A stretch of 55,774 bases of DNA from Bdellovibrionota bacterium (GTDB lineage Bacteria; Bdellovibrionota_C; UBA2361; CAKMMH01), in assembly GCA_050952645.1 (NCBI GenBank), contig JBMNLI010000005.1:1-55774 (forward strand), written 5' to 3'. The stretch's first letter is position 1. Every line of letters starts with the position of its first letter. Positions 50,744 through 55,774 of this stretch are shown here, in pieces. The position numbers were made by a program, and so were the translations under genes. Below the pieces are notes generated by a model. The model had not been told where the DNA came from and ran no database searches. It saw nothing but the letters and a program-made list of their open reading frames with translations.

Positions 50744-51070
50744 GTATTTAGAAGTATTTTATTAAAAAAATATTAAAATAGTACGATAAGTAAAATGTAT
50801 GCTAGTAATATGCTAACAATAAGGCAAAAAACTAAGAAAAATTATATATTTTGAAAAGTTTAAGTAAGATTAGTCGAAAGTTAAGAATTTTATTATAACT
50901 ATGTGAAAAAATTAAGTAATTGCGTAGAATTTTTAAAGCTAATTAGAAGCAAAGATATAGTTAAGTAAGATAATCTTATTAAGAGTTATCTTTTTTAACT
51001 AATTTTTTGTTTAACATAATTTTTCTGTTTAACTAATTTTTATGTTTTTTTTATTTAGGATGTTTTAAGT

Positions 51071-54000
51071 ATGCCTAGCGGCCCGATAGCGACACCAAAA
51101 CAAACAGGTAAATCTGAATTGCTTAGTAGAGAGGAAAGAAATCCTAATGTAAGTTCAAAAACGCTACCTAAAGATAATAATGTTGATTTTAAAGCAGAGA
51201 AAAGGGCTGAAATTGCAAACCGTAGCTCTTCATCTAAGCAAAGTAGAGATGGAGTAAATGTTAAGAACAATCCACAAGCTAAAACAGAATCTCAAACACA
51301 ATCCCAAGCACAATCCCAAAGGCAAGCTTTAGAAAAAAGAGTAGCGAATGAAAGTCAAATATCGGCAAATAAAGCTATGCAAGTTAGTAAAGAAGTTAGC
51401 ACAGATGCTACTTTTAATCAACTTTCTAATAGAGAAGCACTATCTAACCAAGATATTTTTATGCTTTTAGAAAACGCATTAAAAAAGAAAAAATCGAAAA
51501 AATCTTCTTTTAGAGGTTTTTCTAGAATTCCTGATATTATAAAAATAATTCAAGAAAGTCTAGAAGAGTTAGATGAAGATGTGCAAAAAACTCAAACTGC
51601 TAGGGGACTTAATGATGTATTAAATGCGTTAGATTCTCTTATTGCATCGAGTAAAGGAGACCAGATAGCAAAACTTAAATCTGGTTCGCAAACATCTGAC
51701 GACAAGACGGCAAAGGAGAGTAAAGAATATGAAGAGACTTTAAATGATCTCAAAAACGATATACAGGACTTGTTAAAATTAGAAGATGAAAATGAGAGAG
51801 AGGAAAAGCAAGCTAAGATTTCATTAACTATTTCTTTATTATTAAACGGCGAAAAAGTAGGTCTAAAAAAGATTAATGAAGATTTATTAAGTAAAGATAA
51901 AGAAAAACAAAAAAGGGCTTTAGAAACTTTATTAGAGTTTTCGTTTAATGCAGCTGAGGAAGAAAGAGTTTTATTAAAAGAAGCTAGAACGTGTGAAGCT
52001 TTAGAAAGTTTAGAGAATAAAGGCGCAACGGCTAATTATTTAATAAAGTGGCTTACGCTAGATACTGAAGGGCAAGCGACTAGATTTTCTACTAGGAAAA
52101 ATATAGAGCAAAGATTAAAAAGCGAGAGTAAGGGCGATTTAAGCAAAGCTACCATAGAGTTAATTTTAGAATATAGTTTAATTGCTACTAATGAAGATAG
52201 AGAAAGTTTACTTAATATATTATCTACTACTTATAAAAGTTTAGGAGATCAAATTTTTAATAATAATGATTCTAGCACTTGTAAATTTTTAACTAAATGG
52301 CTAAACACTTCCGAAAAAGAAGCAAAGATAATGCAATTTAAAAAAAGAAGCGAGATAATTAACAAAGAGTTAGAAGAAAATAATGTAAGTAGTGAAAATG
52401 AAAAAAAAGATAAGGAAATAGTATCAAAACATGAAACTAAAGTAGAAGATACTCTAAAAGATACAGAAGTGCAAAAAGAAGAGGGGAAAAGGGATGATAA
52501 AAATGAGAAAGATGTTTATAAGGTAAATGATGATAGAAAAGATGAACAAATAAACGATAGCAAGATAGATAATGCAAACGAAATTAGCGAAAAAGTAGAA
52601 ACTGATAATAGAAATGAAAATGATAGCTTAGCACAAACATTAGAAGAACATAAACAAGATACGCAAACTAATCTAGATAGTATGGTAGAAGCTAGGGATA
52701 TATTAGCTAAGCACGATATAAGCCTTGATAATTTAATGTCGAGCGACAAGGTGATATCTGAAGAAGAATATAGGAAGTTGTATGAATTAATTTTAAAAAA
52801 TAAAGATTTTGCTTCAATATCTGCTCTTTCAAAAACTTCATTAATTGACAATATCAACAATGAAAGTAAGTATTTTACTTTTATAAATAAAGTTTTTGAA
52901 GAGTTTCAAGGGATTTCATCTCCCGATACAAATTCGCATATTAAAAACATTATAATAGAAGAACAGAAAAAATTTTTAGCAGAGTTAGGGATTAGATTCA
53001 GCGATCCAATGAATGCTTTATATATAGAAGAAAGTAAAATTAATTTTAATCTTTTCACAGATGAAACTTGGGAGTTGATTGGAAGTATAATTACTGACGA
53101 AGGAACATTAAAATTTTTAAAGCAGTGTGGAACAGAGTTATATAAGAAAGATTTTTATACAATAATAAATAATATTAGTATAGATGAACAAGGCAAGCTC
53201 CTATATAGCGATGAAGATAAAGCAAAAATCGATGTATTGTGCAAAGAGTTAGAAAAAGAAAATAAGCTAGAAACAAATGAGACCGACTTCGCTACTAATA
53301 GAAATGCATTGAGACTAAAAATTTTAAATGATATAAAAAGTGGAATTATCAATGAAGAACTAATCAAAAATGAGCTAATTTTCCTTTCCAATGAAAGAAG
53401 TGATTTTTTTGAAAAGGAGGGGTTTAATTATACTGATGCAAACTGTACGATAATTAGATGTGACGCTCAAGCTAAATGTTTATTATATTTATTAGGTAAT
53501 GATGACAATAAGAAAATTAGCTTTTTAAATCTTTATTTAACAAATTCTTATGCAGAATTTCAAAAAAGAACAATCGAGTTTGGTGTCAAAACAGGTTATG
53601 AAGAAGCATATGCTTTAATTGACGAAGCAAATGGTGTTCCAAGAAGAGATAAGAGATTAAGAACGCTAAATGATATAAGTTTTCAAGCTTTGAGTGCTTT
53701 AGTAGAAAATAATAATTTTTTTGAAAATGCTTTTAACCCAGCACAAATTCAAGAGTTAAGAAATATAGGCGGTAGTCAGATAAATAGTGATTATAAAAAA
53801 TTATCAAGCCTTATTAATGAACTTCGTAGTGTCCCACAATTTGAAAACATTATTAGAGAGTATGTTTCTAATTCTGATTCATATTCACTAAGACAAATTG
53901 CAACTATTATGAAAAGATGCATAGATGTTATTCCAAAGCAAAAAAATGAAAGCAAGGTGCAATGTTTAAATAAACTTCATGATTTTTTTCTTGAATTTGG

Positions 54001-55774
54001 AAATATAGATGAAAGATTAAGAGGAGATATCGTAAAATATTTTATGGCTCAAACGAGGGAAGAGGGAAGACAAACGGGCGATGCTCCCTCAGTTTATATT
54101 GGAAAGAAATTAGGTAAAGAACCTCGTTGGAAATTTTGGAAAAGTGATGGGTATGCTGGAGATGTAGCAACGGCAATAAGTGTATCAATGACAGAAGGAA
54201 ATAGAACACTTGCCACTGGCTACTCAAGTGCAGTTTTAATAAAAAGAGATATCCAAGCTAAGAACTATGAAAATATATCAACTACTTTAAGAAATATTCA
54301 AAGCCAAGTAGCGCCTCAAGATTATTTTGAAGAAAAAATTCAAAGTTTAAATGAAGAAGATAGAGCTAAGTATGAAAATGCAGTTTCTACAATTACCAAT
54401 TTAAGCAATGTAAGTGAACATACTAAAGAACAAAAAGAAAAGTATAATAGTGCATGCCAAGCTTATGCTGAAATTTACAACAATATTACTACGCAATATA
54501 GAAAAGAGTTATTAGAGTCTGTTCAAGTTTGCTTTAAAGGTATGAATGGTGGGAAAGATATTGTAAGTTGTATTCCAAAAGGCACTGCCGAGCAAATGGC
54601 TCTAAGAAATGAGATAGGGCAGTTATTAGCAAATAATATAGAAAAGGCTAATATTTATTACGTTATAAGATTAGGATTAAGAGAAGATGATATAGGTCAA
54701 AAAGGCAATCGGTATGGTGAAGAATTTTTAAATGCATTAGAAACGCTAGTTACTGTAAATGGTGAAATAAGCCAAGATAAACTAAATTCGTTTAATGAAG
54801 TTTGGGAGTTTTTTTTCCGTGGAAAAACTTTTAAAGAATGTATAGAAGGTGGAAAAGTTTTAGCGTTAAATGATTATACCACATATATATATCCTGGTGC
54901 AGGCTCTCAAATTGTAGAAGAAAAACATTCAAGACAAGATTTAAGAGATTATGCGATTTCATTTTGCGATACATCGCCTACAAAGATTTCAATTAGTGCA
55001 AGTAGAATTCAATATGATATTAAAAGCAAAAATAATGAGGACATACTAAGCACGTTATTAGAAATTTTTGGAAATTGTAAAAATGAAGAACAAAGAAAAC
55101 AAAAATTAAATGAACTTCAAAGTGCATTAAAAACTGATGATATTGAAAAATATTTTAAGAATGCAGGAATTTTTGGCGATGAGAAGTCATCATTATATAA
55201 GCAAATAGAAAGTATCGTAAATGAAGGAGAGATAAATGATGCTGTAAGGCTACGTATAGCATTATACGAAAAATGGAGTCCCGAAAGAGGAGATGTTATA
55301 AATATAATTAAAAATACTAAAGATATAAAAAGGTTAAAATCTGATTATGAAGAATATTTTGAGGAATCATTAGAGGAAAATTTAAACGCTAAACTTGATG
55401 GAATTACATTATTTAACGCATTAAATGGAATAAATCCTCCTAAAAGTAAACAAGAAAAGTTAGCATATGCAACAAGACTAAAGGAACTTGAATCAAAAAG
55501 TTTTTTATGGTTTGGTGAAGATTTAGAAGATGAGATTAGAGGGTTAGAGTTAGCGAGTACGGACGATGAATTTGATAGAAGATACCAAGTTTTTTTACAA
55601 AAAGCCGAGGAGTTAAGAGCAAGTAAAGAAGCTAGTGCGCAAGCCATTAAAGGCACTGCTACTACAATTGTAGTAGGTGGAGCAACTATCGTGTGTTTGG
55701 CGGTTCCTGCAATAGGGGCACCAGCTTCGATAGCGATTATAGGCACGACATCGATTGGAACGAGAGTCGTTATT
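51071..55774 (+). CDS. very large hypothetical protein (>1568 aa), runs off the window; absent from the ORF track
   Basis: ATG 51071 preceded by AGGA; MPSGPIATPKQTGKSELLSREE...; the same frame reads as protein at the window end; the track reports no closed + ORF here, consistent with no stop. Confidence 0.85.
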   Translation, partial: MPSGPIATPKQTGKSELLSREERNPNVSSKTLPKDNNVDFKAEKRAEIANRSSSSKQSRDGVNVKNNPQAKTESQTQSQAQSQRQALEKRVANESQISANKAMQVSKEVSTDATFNQLSNREALSNQDIFMLLENALKKKKSKKSSFRGFSRIPDIIKIIQESLEELDEDVQKTQTARGLNDVLNALDSLIASSKGDQIAKLKSGSQTSDDKTAKESKEYEETLNDLKNDIQDLLKLEDENEREEKQAKISLTISLLLNGEKVGLKKINEDLLSKDKEKQKRALETLLEFSFNAAEEERVLLKEARTCEALESLENKGATANYLIKWLTLDTEGQATRFSTRKNIEQRLKSESKGDLSKATIELILEYSLIATNEDRESLLNILSTTYKSLGDQIFNNNDSSTCKFLTKWLNTSEKEAKIMQFKKRSEIINKELEENNVSSENEKKDKEIVSKHETKVEDTLKDTEVQKEEGKRDDKNEKDVYKVNDDRKDEQINDSKIDNANEISEKVETDNRNENDSLAQTLEEHKQDTQTNLDSMVEARDILAKHDISLDNLMSSDKVISEEEYRKLYELILKNKDFASISALSKTSLIDNINNESKYFTFINKVFEEFQGISSPDTNSHIKNIIIEEQKKFLAELGIRFSDPMNALYIEESKINFNLFTDETWELIGSIITDEGTLKFLKQCGTELYKKDFYTIINNISIDEQGKLLYSDEDKAKIDVLCKELEKENKLETNETDFATNRNALRLKILNDIKSGIINEELIKNELIFLSNERSDFFEKEGFNYTDANCTIIRCDAQAKCLLYLLGNDDNKKISFLNLYLTNSYAEFQKRTIEFGVKTGYEEAYALIDEANGVPRRDKRLRTLNDISFQALSALVENNNFFENAFNPAQIQELRNIGGSQINSDYKKLSSLINELRSVPQFENIIREYVSNSDSYSLRQIATIMKRCIDVIPKQKNESKVQCLNKLHDFFLEFGNIDERLRGDIVKYFMAQTREEGRQTGDAPSVYIGKKLGKEPRWKFWKSDGYAGDVATAISVSMTEGNRTLATGYSSAVLIKRDIQAKNYENISTTLRNIQSQVAPQDYFEEKIQSLNEEDRAKYENAVSTITNLSNVSEHTKEQKEKYNSACQAYAEIYNNITTQYRKELLESVQVCFKGMNGGKDIVSCIPKGTAEQMALRNEIGQLLANNIEKANIYYVIRLGLREDDIGQKGNRYGEEFLNALETLVTVNGEISQDKLNSFNEVWEFFFRGKTFKECIEGGKVLALNDYTTYIYPGAGSQIVEEKHSRQDLRDYAISFCDTSPTKISISASRIQYDIKSKNNEDILSTLLEIFGNCKNEEQRKQKLNELQSALKTDDIEKYFKNAGIFGDEKSSLYKQIESIVNEGEINDAVRLRIALYEKWSPERGDVINIIKNTKDIKRLKSDYEEYFEESLEENLNAKLDGITLFNALNGINPPKSKQEKLAYATRLKELESKSFLWFGEDLEDEIRGLELASTDDEFDRRYQVFLQKAEELRASKEASAQAIKGTATTIVVGGATIVCLAVPAIGAPASIAIIGTTSIGTRVVI

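Noticed and set aside
696..55746. Many short antisense ORFs in the track (e.g. 1389-1868, 5717-6376, 13912-14409, 27973-28578, 41358-41723, 52516-52860, 55345-55746)
   Set aside because: They are shadows of well-supported genes on the opposite strand, with Phe/Leu/Ser-rich antisense composition
51000..55774. Apparent ORF-free region as non-coding DNA or an alternative genetic code
   Set aside because: It is a single standard-code ORF whose stop lies outside the window; TAA, TAG and TGA all end genes normally elsewhere

Overview
Very AT-rich bacterial chromosome segment with a deltaproteobacterial or Bdellovibrionota-like gene set (taxonomy is inference). The housekeeping backbone is the htpG 3' end, tilS, comF, greA-dnaG-rpoD, dapA, IclR, an Mla/MCE-PqiC ABC system, lexA-recA, cysDN, minCDE, ugd, UDP-glucuronate decarboxylase and lepA. 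Accessory content includes a Type ISP restriction-modification enzyme, TadE/TadG-like pseudopilins and a >1568-codon ORF that the ORF track missed (51071 to window end). Main unexplained signals: (1) a membrane-anchored, protease-less CDC48-like tandem AAA ATPase after minCDE; (2) a shared sigma28-like motif (T(A/C)A(A/T)-N16-NCCGATACTA) upstream of this ATPase, the Tad pseudopilins and a FlgM-like small protein; (3) stand-alone minus-strand orphan gene cassettes with large 3' hairpins, two of which look like diverged paralogues and one of which sits between perfect 16-bp inverted repeats; (4) a dispersed MITE/REP-like intergenic element; (5) pervasive 9-21 bp tandem duplications, in frame inside genes and with 13-bp units across five stop codons. 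No rRNA, tRNA, CRISPR array, integrase or transposase was recognised.
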